Assembly (NCBI GenBank): GCA_963706595.1
Contig: OY970166.1
Span: forward strand, 4,672,001 to 4,736,000
DNA from: an uncultured cyanobacterium
GTDB taxonomy: Bacteria; Cyanobacteriota; Cyanobacteriia; Cyanobacteriales; Nostocaceae
Direction: 5' to 3'
Length of the DNA stretch: 64,000 nucleotides
Both the position numbers and the translations under genes were made by a program. This document shows positions 49,627 to 60,799 of this stretch, piece by piece. The notes under the pieces were generated by a model. That model worked only from the letters and a program-made list of their open reading frames with translations, was not told where the DNA came from and searched no databases. The stretch's first letter is position 1; the number at the start of each line of letters is the position of its first letter.

Positions 49627-50301
49627 TTAAGTTAAAGTATCTGGGTCAACTCCTAAAGAACGCAAATGTTCCGCCAGTCGTTCCGCCCGTTGATGTTCCT
49701 GTTCAGCCCGTTGTCTTTCTTGTTCCACCAATTCTGCCAGTTCTGTGGGTATCAGTAATTTAGCCCCAGTATCTAAGCGATAAAACCTTAACAGTTCCTC
49801 TTCAACTTCCAGGCGCAATCCTAAAGGCTGAGATAAACTGTCAGTAATCGGGTGATAAATTTCATTCTGTAAACGATATCCCTGCAATTTTTCGTTAACC
49901 CATTCGCCTTTGGGGTCAAATAACCAGTATTCTAAAATACCTAATTGTTCATATAAGATTTTTTTTTGCTCTTGATCCTGCTTTTGAGTGCCTTTACTTG
50001 TCATCTCAAATACCACTTGCGGCACTTGACCTTCTTCCCAGACTTTATAGTTATCTCTACCCCCAGGCTGCACATCAAAAATTACCATTACATCTGGTGC
50101 AACTCTTAATCGAGGAAAACCCTGAGCATAATATAGAAATTGATTTGCTAGTACCGTTGCCTGTCTACCTGCTAAGTATTGTTTCAGAACTTCCAATGTA
50201 GTTAAAATGGCATAGAGATGTAGATATGTTTCTGCCACAGGTTCTCCATCAGCACTGGGATATTCAATGTTTGTATCTACTAAATTTATGGCGGTAGTCA
50301 T
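49627..50301 (-). CDS. Uma2 (DUF820) family endonuclease-like protein
   Basis: VAPDVMV, VVFEMTSKGT, YEQLGILEYWLFDP and the C-terminal ERQRAEQ..RAERLA tail. Confidence 0.88.
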   Translation of the reverse strand: MTTAINLVDTNIEYPSADGEPVAETYLHLYAILTTLEVLKQYLAGRQATVLANQFLYYAQGFPRLRVAPDVMVIFDVQPGGRDNYKVWEEGQVPQVVFEMTSKGTQKQDQEQKKILYEQLGILEYWLFDPKGEWVNEKLQGYRLQNEIYHPITDSLSQPLGLRLEVEEELLRFYRLDTGAKLLIPTELAELVEQERQRAEQEHQRAERLAEHLRSLGVDPDTLT

Positions 50302-50459
50302 AGTTGTTACCTAATCAAGGAAACTATCTTGGTTAACTCCTAGAGTCAGCAAATGTTGCGCTCATTGTTGCCCTTGTACTCAATTATCGCGGAAATCTAT
50401 CACCGAAGGGACACTGATTCGGCTAAACTGAGACTTGGTTTATTGCATTGTGACTAGGC

Positions 50460-50651
50460 ATGGAAATCGGACAAAAGGTTAAAGTTTTTCGTCTGCGCGA
50501 TCGCGTATCTGCTGCTATTGCGAAAAAACTCGGACAAATAGGCATTATCCAAGGCTACAAAGTCACGGATGGTCGTGGAATCGGTGTAGTGGTACTGTTT
50601 GACGACAATTCTTCCACTTGGTTTTTTGAAGATGAAATCAAACTTGTGTAA
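50460..50651 (+). CDS. petP: Cytochrome b6f subunit PetP
   Basis: MEIGQKVKVFRLRDRV...YKVTDGRGIGVVVLFDDNSSTWFFEDEI. Confidence 0.85.
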   Translation: MEIGQKVKVFRLRDRVSAAIAKKLGQIGIIQGYKVTDGRGIGVVVLFDDNSSTWFFEDEIKLV

Positions 50652-50739
50652 TGGATAGAACTCAACGCGGAAGCTAAGAGTATTTGCCTAGTGCTAAGTT
50701 GGAGTGGAAAAGATTGGCGGTGAATATAGGAATCAAGTC

Positions 50740-51840
50740 ATGTCCCTGATATTGACATTTTTGGGCAAAGGCGGTGTAGCGCGGACTAAAATTGCGATCG
50801 CCGCCGCCAAGTTATTGGCAAGCCAAGGCAAGCGTGTACTTCTAGCAGGTTTGGCAGAACCAGTTTTACCCATTTTACTGGATCAGTCCCTGACTCCTGA
50901 TCCCCAGGAAATTGCTCCCAATTTACAGGTTGTGCAGTTTCAATCATCTGTGTTGCTAGAACGCAACTGGGAAGAAGTGAAAAAACTGGAGGCGCAATAC
51001 CTCCGCACGCCCATCTTCAAAGATGTTTATGGTCAAGAACTGGTAGTCTTACCAGGGATGGACAGCGCCCTGGCCTTGAATGCGATCCGCGAATATGATG
51101 CCAGTGGCAAATATGACGCGATTATCTACGATGGCACAGGTGATTCCTTGACCCTGCGAATGTTGGGGATGCCAGAATCTCTGAGTTGGTATATACGGCG
51201 ATTTCAGCAATTATTTGTCAACTCTGATTTGGGAAAGACTATTGCGGAATCGCCTTTAATTCAGCCGCTAATTAGCAGCTTTTTTAATGTCAACTGGACA
51301 GCAGATAATTTTTCTCTACCAACCAACCAAGTGAATGGTTTTTTAGATAAAGGAAAAGCCGCCCTTGCAGATCCTCATCGCGTTGCGGCCTTCTTGGTGA
51401 GTACACCAGACCCCCTAGAAGTGGCTAGTTCCCGCTATTTGTGGGGTAGCGCTCAACAAATCGGTTTAACCGTTGGTGGTGTAATTCTGGTATCACCTGA
51501 GCCAAACGTCAACCTGTCAGAAGAATTTACACCTCTGAGTGTGAGCGTTGTTCCCGATGTTCCCACAGGCGAATGGCAACCTTTGATAGATGCTCTACCC
51601 AACTTTGTAGAACAAGCACTACAGGCTCCTAAACCCATAGAAGTTGACATCCACAATCGTCAAGTCCGCTTATTCTTGCCAGGATTTGACAAAAAGCAAG
51701 TCAAACTTACCCAATATGGTCCCGAAGTCACAATAGATGCCGGAGATCATCGGCGTAATCTGTTCTTACCCCCAGCACTAACTGGCAGACAGGTGACTGG
51801 AGCCAAATTTCAGAATAATTATTTGATAATTTCTTTTTAA
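50740..51840 (+). CDS. ArsA/Get3-family (Get3d-like) protein with C-terminal alpha-crystallin-like domain
   Basis: TFLGKGGVARTK (degenerate Walker A), LPGMDSALAL and LFLPGFDKKQVKLTQYGPE; ATG at 50740. Confidence 0.85.
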   Translation: MSLILTFLGKGGVARTKIAIAAAKLLASQGKRVLLAGLAEPVLPILLDQSLTPDPQEIAPNLQVVQFQSSVLLERNWEEVKKLEAQYLRTPIFKDVYGQELVVLPGMDSALALNAIREYDASGKYDAIIYDGTGDSLTLRMLGMPESLSWYIRRFQQLFVNSDLGKTIAESPLIQPLISSFFNVNWTADNFSLPTNQVNGFLDKGKAALADPHRVAAFLVSTPDPLEVASSRYLWGSAQQIGLTVGGVILVSPEPNVNLSEEFTPLSVSVVPDVPTGEWQPLIDALPNFVEQALQAPKPIEVDIHNRQVRLFLPGFDKKQVKLTQYGPEVTIDAGDHRRNLFLPPALTGRQVTGAKFQNNYLIISF

Positions 51841-51936
51841 TTACTGGGTACTGGGAAGAGGCAGAGGGGTAGGGGGCAGTGGGGAAGTTTTTGGGCTAGT
51901 GCCACAATCTTTTTTCCTCATCTCCTTCTATTCCTC

Positions 51937-51975
51937 ACTCCCTATTCCCCACTCCCTACTCCCTACTCCCTACTC
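51937..51975. repeat. STRR (ACTCCCT)n
   Basis: About 5 tandem heptamers before chlG. Confidence 0.75.
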
Positions 51976-51983
51976 ATAGTTTT

Positions 51984-53024
51984 ATGTCCGAATCAACCCC
52001 AATTAACCCTAATTCTCAGCCAGCAGAGGCTATAGATTCAGTGACACCCAAAGAGGAAATTACAGCCGTTGCCGATCGCAGCTCCAAGGCTCGGCAGTTA
52101 TTAGGCATGAAAGGCGCAGCACCAGGAGAAAAATCTATCTGGAAAATCCGCCTGCAACTGATGAAACCTATCACCTGGATTCCCTTGATTTGGGGTGTAG
52201 TCTGTGGTGCGGCTTCTTCGGGTAACTATACTTGGACACTAGAAAATGTCTTGATGTCGGCAGCTTGTATGTTGCTTTCTGGACCTTTACTCGCAGGTTA
52301 TACGCAAACCTTAAATGAATATTATGACCGTGAAATTGATGCGGTGAATGAACCCTACCGCCCCATTCCCTCTGGTGCAATTCCCTTACCTCAAGTCATT
52401 ACCCAAATTTGGGTATTGTTAATTTCCGGAAATCTTCTGGCTGTTGCACTTGATGTTTGGGCTGGTAATGAATATCCGACGATTACAACTATAGCTATAC
52501 TGGGTTCGTTTATTGCTTACATTTATTCTGCGCCCCCATTAAAGTTGAAACAAAACGGTTGGTTAGGCGGTTATGCCCTGGGTGCAAGCTATATGGCTTT
52601 TCCTTGGTGTACTGGTCATGCGCTGTTTGGCGAACTGAATTGGAAAATTGTTGTAATCACTGTGGTTTATAGCTTGGCTGGTTTGGGTATTGCCATTGTG
52701 AATGATTTTAAGAGTGTGGAAGGCGATCGCCAGTTCGGATTAAAATCATTACCTGTAATGTTTGGTGTCACCAGAGCCGCTTGGGTTTGTGCCGTGATGA
52801 TTGATGTCTTTCAAGCTGTGATTGCAGTTTATCTGATCACTATTCACGAAAACTTGTATGCCGCAATTTTGCTGCTATTAATCATCCCGCAAATCACCTT
52901 CCAGGATATGTATTTCCTGCGTGACCCCCTGAAAAATGATGTCAAATACCAAGCCAGCGCTCAACCGTTCCTAGTTTTGGGAATGCTTGTAGCTGGTATA
53001 GCCCTGGGTCATGCTGGCGTTTAA
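51984..53024 (+). CDS. chlG: Chlorophyll synthase
   Basis: RQLLGMKGA, KPITWIPLIWG, DREIDAVNEPYRPIPSG and NDFKSVEGDR. Confidence 0.97.
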   Translation: MSESTPINPNSQPAEAIDSVTPKEEITAVADRSSKARQLLGMKGAAPGEKSIWKIRLQLMKPITWIPLIWGVVCGAASSGNYTWTLENVLMSAACMLLSGPLLAGYTQTLNEYYDREIDAVNEPYRPIPSGAIPLPQVITQIWVLLISGNLLAVALDVWAGNEYPTITTIAILGSFIAYIYSAPPLKLKQNGWLGGYALGASYMAFPWCTGHALFGELNWKIVVITVVYSLAGLGIAIVNDFKSVEGDRQFGLKSLPVMFGVTRAAWVCAVMIDVFQAVIAVYLITIHENLYAAILLLLIIPQITFQDMYFLRDPLKNDVKYQASAQPFLVLGMLVAGIALGHAGV

Positions 53025-53097
53025 TGGTAATTGGTAATTGGTAATTGGTAATTGGTAATTGGTAATTGGTAATTGGTCATTAGTCATTAGTCATTGG
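53025..53097. repeat. STRR (GGTAATT)n grading into (GTCATTA)n
   Basis: Tandem heptamers after chlG. Confidence 0.9.
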
Positions 53098-53255
53098 GAA
53101 GTTACCGTCTTCCCCCCTCCGCACCCTGCACCCTGCCCCCCTGCCTCTTTCCCCCCTGCACCCTACACCAAATTTATACCTCTGTAGTCAGAAGTAAAGA
53201 ATGAGGAGTTAGGAGTTAAAATACTTCTAACTCTTAATTTTTATCAGGACTTACC

Positions 53256-53543
53256 GTGTTAGAGTTGACAAATTTTCTAATTGGGGGAATTCAACCCTTA
53301 TTAGTCCCTATTTGCTTTGTCGTTGCTTGGACTGTAATTATTCTCGTTGCTTCGAGTCTTTGGACAGCAGTTCGAGATGGTGTCACCACAGCCAAACAAA
53401 TGCATCAAATTCCCTGTGCTAACTGCCAATTTTTTACCGACAATTACCGATTGAAATGCACTGTACATCCATCTACAGCCAGTACAGAAGAGGCTATTGA
53501 TTGTTGTGACTATCAACCAAAGACCAATCCTATGCTCTACTAG
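53256..53543 (+). CDS. Small cyanobacterial membrane protein with Cys-rich tail
   Basis: One TM segment followed by HQIPCANCQFFT...LKCTVHP...CCDY. Confidence 0.7.
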   Translation: MLELTNFLIGGIQPLLVPICFVVAWTVIILVASSLWTAVRDGVTTAKQMHQIPCANCQFFTDNYRLKCTVHPSTASTEEAIDCCDYQPKTNPMLY

Positions 53544-53580
53544 AAAGGGGACTTGAAAACTTAAAATCAAAAATCGACTG

Positions 53581-53946
53581 ATGCTAGTTCAAAAGCTTAA
53601 CGACTGTCAAGAATTTATTGCTGGAGATAACACCATTCTACGGGAACTACTACATCCCGATAAACAGCCCCTGGCATTACGCTATAGTTTGGCTCACGCA
53701 ACTTTACCAGTGGGGAAAACCTCTCAACCCCACTCACTGACTACCTCAGAAGTTTATTACATTCTCAGTGGACAGGGAGAAATGCATATTGACGATGAAA
53801 CTCAGATAGTTGAACCAGGAGACGCAGTGTATATTCCCCCCAATACACGGCAATTTATTCGCAATTCTGGTAGCGAACCTTTGGTATTTATCTGTATGGT
53901 TGATCCAGCATGGCGTAAAGAAGATGAAACAGTTTACTCACTTTGA
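53581..53946 (+). CDS. Cupin domain protein
   Basis: PHSLTTSEVYYILSGQG and PGDAVYIPPN. Confidence 0.85.
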   Translation: MLVQKLNDCQEFIAGDNTILRELLHPDKQPLALRYSLAHATLPVGKTSQPHSLTTSEVYYILSGQGEMHIDDETQIVEPGDAVYIPPNTRQFIRNSGSEPLVFICMVDPAWRKEDETVYSL

Positions 53947-54029
53947 ATTCTGCTAGATATTTCTCAGTATCTAAGGCAAGTGATAATTACTGAACACATT
54001 AGAATCAAGTAAAAACACAGTTGCTTTAT

Positions 54030-54836
54030 TTAAAGATTTAAATATTTGAGAAATGGCGTAAATACTGGCACTATTTCCGGACTACTGACAACTAGGGTGG
54101 GAAAAGAGCGATCGCTATAATCTTCCCCTGATGACAAAGGAAATGGCTGCTCCTTCAGAGATGTCCAAATACCTCCAGCCGCCTGAACAATCACCCAAGC
54201 CCCGGCGATGTCCCAAACCTTTGGTGTGGCTTCAATTCCGCCTAGTGTTGCGCCAGTCGCAACTGTGAGAAAATTATAGCTAGCCACACCCAGCATCCGA
54301 ATTTTGCAGGGAAAGTCTGTTTGAATCACAGAAGTGCTGCGGGAGCAGAGGTTAAAAAAGTGATTTTTACTGACAGCATCATTACTGCTATGGATGGGGT
54401 GGTGGTTGAGAAATGCGCCGGAGGGTGTTGTTAAACCAGAGTCACCCGCCCAGAAACCGTGCAAAGCTTGACTCAGTGGTGGAACGTAAACATAACCAAA
54501 AATAGGCGTGCCTTTATACAGCAATCCCATCGAAATTGACCAGATGGGAAGACCTCTAGTAAAGTTGGTAGTGCCATCGAGAGGGTCGATTACCCAGCAC
54601 CACTCTGTACCCGGAAATACTTTGTCGCTTTCTTCGCTCAAAATGCCATAACCAGAAAAACGAGCAGCTATTGCATCACAAATTTCCTGATCTGCCCATT
54701 TATCGGCTCGTGTGACTAAACTACCGTCAGCTTTTTGCGAAGCCTGCACTTTGCCAAAATCTTGCATCAGTTGCTTTCCCACTCTGGTAGTGGTGGTTTC
54801 GGCAAAGTCGAGAATTGTTGTCCAAAAATCATTCAT
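54030..54836 (-). CDS. Inositol monophosphatase family protein
   Basis: LSEE, WVIDPLDGTTNF and WDIAG. Confidence 0.9.
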   Translation of the reverse strand: MNDFWTTILDFAETTTTRVGKQLMQDFGKVQASQKADGSLVTRADKWADQEICDAIAARFSGYGILSEESDKVFPGTEWCWVIDPLDGTTNFTRGLPIWSISMGLLYKGTPIFGYVYVPPLSQALHGFWAGDSGLTTPSGAFLNHHPIHSSNDAVSKNHFFNLCSRSTSVIQTDFPCKIRMLGVASYNFLTVATGATLGGIEATPKVWDIAGAWVIVQAAGGIWTSLKEQPFPLSSGEDYSDRSFPTLVVSSPEIVPVFTPFLKYLNL

Positions 54837-54875
54837 GAATTAATTCTCTCGCAAAGATGCTTCTGAGCCAAGAAA

Positions 54876-56309
54876 TTAGTCTAAATCACTTTCGAGAACA
54901 GATGCGATCGCTTGTTTCGCACTAGTTTGAAATTCTTTGACATTGACTCGATTCAGGAACCAAATCGACACTACCATCCCCACCGCTTCTAGAAAGAATA
55001 CCATTCCATAAGCTAGTTCTAAACTCGGCAGAAAATTACGACCAATATCCAATATCGTACCGCCTATAACTACGGCAATTCCCCTAGAGACAGACTGAGC
55101 TAATCCCCAAGCCCCAATAAAAGTACCTGCGGCTTCAGCTGCTGTCAAATCCAACATTAAACTAACGGCTGCGGTAGTTAAAAAACCAGTAGCTAAACCA
55201 AACAAGAACAAACTTGATTTCAAAAAAGCTACATTCGCTGTAAATCCTGATAGACCCAGTAATACCGCACAAATTGCCACTAATACACAGCCTAAGCGTG
55301 CAGTTCTGCGTTTACCCAAACGCGGCACAATTAAAAAACCTGTGACACCATAGGCTATCAAGATACCAAAACCATAAAAAATATTCAATCTGGTGCTTTC
55401 TGCCAAAGGCATACCAAACACCTGACCAGCGTAAGGTTCTAAAACAGGGTCTTGAATAAATAAGCTGATAGTCATGACCAGCAAAAATGCGAAAAATAAA
55501 CCTGTTTGACGACTAGCTGTCAAAATTTTCCAAGCTCTACCCACGCTAACGCTGTCGTCTCGATTCTCAGTGTTAGAACGGCGGGAATATTGGGAATATT
55601 TTTTTTCTACGCCGAATGTAGCGATGATCGCCAGCCCAAAGACAATAGCCGGAACGATGAAAAATAATCTGTTAACAGCTGACTGTAAACTTTCTAAAGG
55701 TGCTTCTGAGGTTAATTGACTGAGCAAACTGGAACTAATGATTGCTCCCACAATAATCCCCACCATCAGCATTGACCAGACAATACCAACGATTTTAGAA
55801 CGGTTATCTTCTTGGGAGATATCCACTAATAAAGCCGCAAAAGCAGTACCACTGGCACAAATTGCTAAACCATATATGGCAAAAATTAAAGATAGCAATG
55901 CTGTCCAGCCAATAGTTTGGGTTGTCCATACCCAGGCATCTGTGCTGCTAGCTGCTGCATTTAATTGCCATAGCACTTGTATTGCTAAAAATGAAGCGAT
56001 CGCAAATACTGCTGCTCCCACCCAAACGTAAGCCGTACGATTGTAACCCCATAGAGGTTTGAGGTCTGACATTTGACCAAACCAAATGCGAGCCGGGGAA
56101 ACGAATGCAGGTAGAGCTAGTACTAGGGACACCAATATTGCTGGAATTGCTATTTCTTGAATCATGACTCGATTGAGTACACCCAGAATCAAGATAGACA
56201 TCATGCTCAGTCCCATCTGAAACAAGCCCAACCGGAACATAGTAATCAGGTTAACCCTTGGCACACTTAAGGATTTTGTTTCAGTATCAAATATATCACC
56301 GCTTGCCAT
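54876..56309 (-). CDS. PucC/BCD-family MFS protein
   Basis: RLGLFQMGL, LNRVMI, QDPVLEPYAG.VFGM and AGTFIGAWG. Confidence 0.88.
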   Translation of the reverse strand: MASGDIFDTETKSLSVPRVNLITMFRLGLFQMGLSMMSILILGVLNRVMIQEIAIPAILVSLVLALPAFVSPARIWFGQMSDLKPLWGYNRTAYVWVGAAVFAIASFLAIQVLWQLNAAASSTDAWVWTTQTIGWTALLSLIFAIYGLAICASGTAFAALLVDISQEDNRSKIVGIVWSMLMVGIIVGAIISSSLLSQLTSEAPLESLQSAVNRLFFIVPAIVFGLAIIATFGVEKKYSQYSRRSNTENRDDSVSVGRAWKILTASRQTGLFFAFLLVMTISLFIQDPVLEPYAGQVFGMPLAESTRLNIFYGFGILIAYGVTGFLIVPRLGKRRTARLGCVLVAICAVLLGLSGFTANVAFLKSSLFLFGLATGFLTTAAVSLMLDLTAAEAAGTFIGAWGLAQSVSRGIAVVIGGTILDIGRNFLPSLELAYGMVFFLEAVGMVVSIWFLNRVNVKEFQTSAKQAIASVLESDLD

Positions 56310-56429
56310 AGCTACTTCTTCGTATGATTTACAGAATCTAGACTCTCTTTAATTAAATCCTGTCCTCACTTTTATTTGTAACGATAAACTATAAAGGTAA
56401 AGAAATGTAAATAAAATACATATTGCCAC

Positions 56430-57380
56430 GTGGAAAATATCACATTAGGACAAAATGGCCCCAGTGTTACACCCCTTTGTATTGGAACTTGGGCTTGGGG
56501 TGACAAACTCTTTTGGAATTATGGCGATGGCTATGGACCAGAACAGTTAGAGGCAGCTTTTACAGCAGCATTAGAGGCTGGGATAAATTTCTTTGATACT
56601 GCGGAAATTTATGGTTTGGGACTGTCAGAAGAATTATTAGGGCAATTCATGCAAAAAGCCCAACAACCTGTGCAAGTGGCGACGAAATTTGGCCCTTTGC
56701 CTTGGAGATTTACAGGTCAATCTGTTTCGGATGCGTTAACAGACAGTCTCAAACGCCTACAAGTAGAACGAGTGGAACTGTATCAAGTGCATTGGCCGTT
56801 TGCTTTCTTTTTAAGTCAAGAAACTTTGATGAATACCCTAGCAGATGAAGTGAAGCGGGGTAGAATCGGCTCAGTCGGCGTGAGTAATTATTCAGCCACT
56901 CAAATGCGAGAGGCGCAGCAAATTTTAGCCGCGCGTGGAGTACCTTTAGCTGTAAACCAAGTCCGCTACTCGTTGCTAGCGCGTCAAATTGAAAGCAACG
57001 GGATTTTAGCCACGGCTCGTGAATTGGGTGTAACTCTATTGGCATATAGTCCCTTAGCTCAGGGATTACTCACTGGTAAATATACACAAGATAGTAATCA
57101 AACTCCCGGTGGTGCGAGGAAGATAGACCCGCGATTTAGTAAAGAAGGGTTACAAAAAATTGCCCCTGTAATTTCTTTACTCAACAGTTTGGGAGAAAAA
57201 TATGACCGTACTCCTGCCCAAGTAGCCCTCAATTGGTTAATAGCACAAGGAAATGTGATTCCTATTGCTGGGGTCAAAACTGCCCAACACGTAAAACAAA
57301 ATGCTGGCGCTTTGGGCTGGAGCTTAAACACCGATGAAATCGCGCAACTCGAACAAATCAGTCGTGATTGGCTGAATTAA
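56430..57380 (+). CDS. Aldo/keto reductase
   Basis: GTWAWG, FDTAEIYG, LYQVHWP, GVSNY and AYSPLAQGLLTGKY. Confidence 0.92.
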   Translation: MENITLGQNGPSVTPLCIGTWAWGDKLFWNYGDGYGPEQLEAAFTAALEAGINFFDTAEIYGLGLSEELLGQFMQKAQQPVQVATKFGPLPWRFTGQSVSDALTDSLKRLQVERVELYQVHWPFAFFLSQETLMNTLADEVKRGRIGSVGVSNYSATQMREAQQILAARGVPLAVNQVRYSLLARQIESNGILATARELGVTLLAYSPLAQGLLTGKYTQDSNQTPGGARKIDPRFSKEGLQKIAPVISLLNSLGEKYDRTPAQVALNWLIAQGNVIPIAGVKTAQHVKQNAGALGWSLNTDEIAQLEQISRDWLN

Positions 57381-57413
57381 CAGCTATTAGTCATAAGTCT
57401 TTAGTAGCTAGGC

Positions 57414-57461
57414 ATGACTAATGACTAATGACTAATGACTAATGACTAATGACTAATGACT
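57414..57461. repeat. STRR (ATGACTA)x~7
   Basis: Perfect tandem heptamers between convergent genes. Confidence 0.9.
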
Positions 57462-57468
57462 CAGAAGC

Positions 57469-58971
57469 TTATTCTCTACCAGCATTTGAAGATGACACAG
57501 AAGCGTCTCGGCGATTACTGGTATTTGTCCGTAGCTTGGGCTTGGGACTACTTCCATTGTTGTCTGGTTTGTTCCAGGAACGATTTCTATCGTTTGAAGC
57601 TTCACCACCACGACGCTTGGCTAACTTCGGCTTGGAGGAAGGCTCATCATCTTGAGGATCTACGCCTGATTGTAACCAAGCGGGGCGAGTTTGATCATAA
57701 GCAATTTGTAATGCAGCTGCGGCGATCGCATGAGCATCATATTCTTCAATCAATTCGCTAACTATGGGCAAGAATGAAGCTAAACGTTCGCCAGTCAAGG
57801 CTTCTTTGACTTGTTCTTGCAATTTTTTGATATGTCGTGCTTCAATCTGCGCCCGTGTGGGAATCGTCAGCAATTGCCAATTTTGGCGGTTATGGCGCTC
57901 AAATGCCTGCTGCTTACGGCGTTCAAAAGGTTGTACCAAGGAAATTGCTGTACCTTCTTTCCCCGCCCGACCAGTCCGCCCAATGCGGTGAACATAGGTT
58001 TCGGCGCTATCTGGCAAGTCGAAGTTAATTACATGGGACAGTAGATCGACATCTAACCCCCGTGCCGCAATATCAGTTGCTACCACCCAGCGCACTTGAC
58101 GATTACGGAATCGGGTCAATAATCGCTCCCGCGCCTGTTGGGACAAGTCACCGTGGTATTCGTCCACACTATGACCGGCTCCTTGTAGGAGATTGGTGAG
58201 TTCTGCTGCTGTCCGTCTGGTACGCACAAAGATTAAAGCTGTTTCTGGATCTTCCATTTCCAGAATCGGCTGCAATGCCTTGGCTTTTGTCCAATGACGG
58301 GGGATCAGATAAGCTACTTGATTGATTTTGTTGGGTGAAGCCTTGGGCTGCTCAACGGTGACTGTGGCCGGGTTTCGCAAGAATTTATTGACAATCATGC
58401 GAATCGATGGTGGCATTGTCGCCGAGAATAAAGCTGTTTGGCGCTCTTTGGGGGCTTGAGACAGGATTTTGATCACGTCATCAATAAAGCCCATGCTCAA
58501 CATTTCATCAGCTTCATCCAAGACAAACCACTTGACTTGATCGAGCTTTAAACAGCCCCGATCTAGTAAGTCGATCATTCGTCCTGGTGTACCCACAACC
58601 ATGTGAACACCACGTTTGAGCTGCATCATTTGGCGTTCAATGGATTGACCACCATAAATTGCCAGAATCCGCAATCCTTCGTCGCCCACAAATTGGGTGA
58701 TGGCATCGTGAACTTGAATTGCTAACTCACGGGTTGGCGCTAGTACCAGCGCTTGTACAGCTTTGTGATTCACATCCATCTGCTCTAAGATTGGCAGAGA
58801 AAATGCTGCGGTTTTGCCTGTTCCGGTTTGGGATTGACCCACGACATCCCGACCTGCTAGCAATTGGGGAATGGCTTGAGTTTGAATATTAGTAGGTGTG
58901 GTAAAGCCGATGTTTTCTAGTTGCTCAACACGCTTTTGTGAAATACCTAGTTCTTGGAAAGAAAGAGTCAT
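57469..58971 (-). CDS. crhR: DEAD-box RNA helicase CrhR/CrhB
   Basis: QTGTGKT, PTRELA, DEAD, SAT and HRIGRTGRAG; downstream of rimO. Confidence 0.9.
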   Translation of the reverse strand: MTLSFQELGISQKRVEQLENIGFTTPTNIQTQAIPQLLAGRDVVGQSQTGTGKTAAFSLPILEQMDVNHKAVQALVLAPTRELAIQVHDAITQFVGDEGLRILAIYGGQSIERQMMQLKRGVHMVVGTPGRMIDLLDRGCLKLDQVKWFVLDEADEMLSMGFIDDVIKILSQAPKERQTALFSATMPPSIRMIVNKFLRNPATVTVEQPKASPNKINQVAYLIPRHWTKAKALQPILEMEDPETALIFVRTRRTAAELTNLLQGAGHSVDEYHGDLSQQARERLLTRFRNRQVRWVVATDIAARGLDVDLLSHVINFDLPDSAETYVHRIGRTGRAGKEGTAISLVQPFERRKQQAFERHNRQNWQLLTIPTRAQIEARHIKKLQEQVKEALTGERLASFLPIVSELIEEYDAHAIAAAALQIAYDQTRPAWLQSGVDPQDDEPSSKPKLAKRRGGEASNDRNRSWNKPDNNGSSPKPKLRTNTSNRRDASVSSSNAGRE

Positions 58972-59196
58972 TAATTCTCCTAGATTTTGTTGTTTGGTTC
59001 GGAATTTTTAAATCTGACAGCAGTTGTATTGAGTAGTCAGATTTAAAGCAAGTTTGTGAAACCCTCATTTAACAGAGGGTGCTACGCGGTCAGCGTTAGC
59101 GTGGAATGAGCGTCAGCGATGCCCAAAGGGCTTGACGTGACTTCTCTTGTGTCCAAGACGCTGCGTTCTTGCAGTGCTGGACTCACCCTGCGGCCT

Positions 59197-60525
59197 CTAC
59201 TTTTGGTAACTATTAACAACTTGACCGTAGAGGTCATAAGTATCAGCGCTATGGATCGCTACTGGCACGATGGTTCCTAATTTTGCTTCCCCATCGATAT
59301 ATATCTGACCATCGACTTCTGGGGAAAACCTACCTGAGCGACCTATGAGCTTTCCAGTTTCAGGGTGTTCTTGCTCAATCAGGACTTCAACTATTTTGCC
59401 GATTTCCTGTTGATTTTTTTTACCCGCAATCGGCTCTTGAAGCGCCATTAATCTATGCCAGCGCTCATCCATCACGGATTGGGGTAACTGATTGGCTAGC
59501 TTATAAGCGGGCGTTCCTTCTTCCGGTGAAAAGGTGAATACACCAACATGGTCAAATTCGTGTTTCTGAACGAATTCTAGTAGATGCTCAAAATGCTCTG
59601 CGGTTTCTCCGGGGAAACCAACTATAAATGTTGTCCTGAGTACCGCATTTGGTAGGGCTGCTTTGATGCGTTCAATAATCCCATCATTTACCCGTCCTTG
59701 CCAGGGACGATTCATTGAGCGAAGAATATCTGGATGAGAATGTTGAAGGGGCAAATCTAGATATGGTAAGACGTTGTGGGTTTCTTGGATTGCCTCTATG
59801 ACATCTGGGGTTAACCCGGTGGGGTATGCATAATGCATTCTAATCCACGGTACATCTACTTTACCCAAAGCGCGAAGTAATTCGGCTAACTTTGGCTTTC
59901 CATAGATATCTAACCCGTAATTGGTGGTGATTTGGGAAATTAAGATAATTTCCTGCACCCCTTGGCTAGCTAACTGCTCCGCTTCAGCAACTATAGATTC
60001 AATAGTACGCGATCGCTGGTTCCCTCTGAGATAAGGAATAATACAAAATGCACAACGATAATCACATCCTTCGGCTACCCGCAGATAGGCAACGCCTTCG
60101 GTTGTAGTGCGATAACGCGGTGTAGTTTCGTCGGCAATGTAGGTGGGTTCTAGACTAACCTCTTTTACCTGCTCGCCTTTTTCTACACGCTCAATTACAT
60201 TAACAATTTTGTGATAATCACCAGTGCCTACCAGTGCCACTGCTTCGGGCAACTCTTCTAATAATTGTTCTTGAAAGTGCTGCGCCATACAGCCAGTGAT
60301 CACGACTTTCTTGTTAGCTTCTGCCAGTTCTACTAAAGTTCTGACAGATTCCTGTCTTGCTGCTTCTATAAAACTACAAGTATTAACTATAACGTAATCG
60401 GCTAACTCTTCATTTGTATCTATACCATAGCCTGCTTCTGCAAGCAGCCCCAGCATGTGTTCTGTATCAATTCTATTTTTTTCGCAGCCCAGGTGCGAAA
60501 TTGCAATCGTTGGCTTTTCACCCAT
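59197..60525 (-). CDS. rimO: Ribosomal protein S12 methylthiotransferase
   Basis: HLGCEKN, NTCSFI, radical-[11 protein letters not shown] and SPEVDG in the TRAM domain. Confidence 0.95.
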   Translation of the reverse strand: MGEKPTIAISHLGCEKNRIDTEHMLGLLAEAGYGIDTNEELADYVIVNTCSFIEAARQESVRTLVELAEANKKVVITGCMAQHFQEQLLEELPEAVALVGTGDYHKIVNVIERVEKGEQVKEVSLEPTYIADETTPRYRTTTEGVAYLRVAEGCDYRCAFCIIPYLRGNQRSRTIESIVAEAEQLASQGVQEIILISQITTNYGLDIYGKPKLAELLRALGKVDVPWIRMHYAYPTGLTPDVIEAIQETHNVLPYLDLPLQHSHPDILRSMNRPWQGRVNDGIIERIKAALPNAVLRTTFIVGFPGETAEHFEHLLEFVQKHEFDHVGVFTFSPEEGTPAYKLANQLPQSVMDERWHRLMALQEPIAGKKNQQEIGKIVEVLIEQEHPETGKLIGRSGRFSPEVDGQIYIDGEAKLGTIVPVAIHSADTYDLYGQVVNSYQK

Positions 60526-60799
60526 ATTTTGAAAACATTTTCGGTTTTTTGTAATCAGATCCTCAAGCAGCGATGATTTCGCTGATTGTGATACACACCT
60601 TTACACAGTCAAGGGCTAGAATAACAGGTTTTAACTGCCAGCTACTACCTGTCTGTATATGACATGGATAGTTTCCGGCCATGTTATAATATTTGTACTA
60701 TTTAGTCTATTTCCCTGGGTAAAGTGAGTGTCTTTGAGTACAATTGACACCTGTGTTTTTTAACAATTTTCTGTTGGTATTTTTAGTTACCGCAGCGTG

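Noticed and set aside
50740..50790. Degenerate Walker A in the ArsA/Get3-like gene as a pseudogene sign
   Set aside because: The frame is intact, and divergence here is, to my recollection, usual for this cyanobacterial subfamily.
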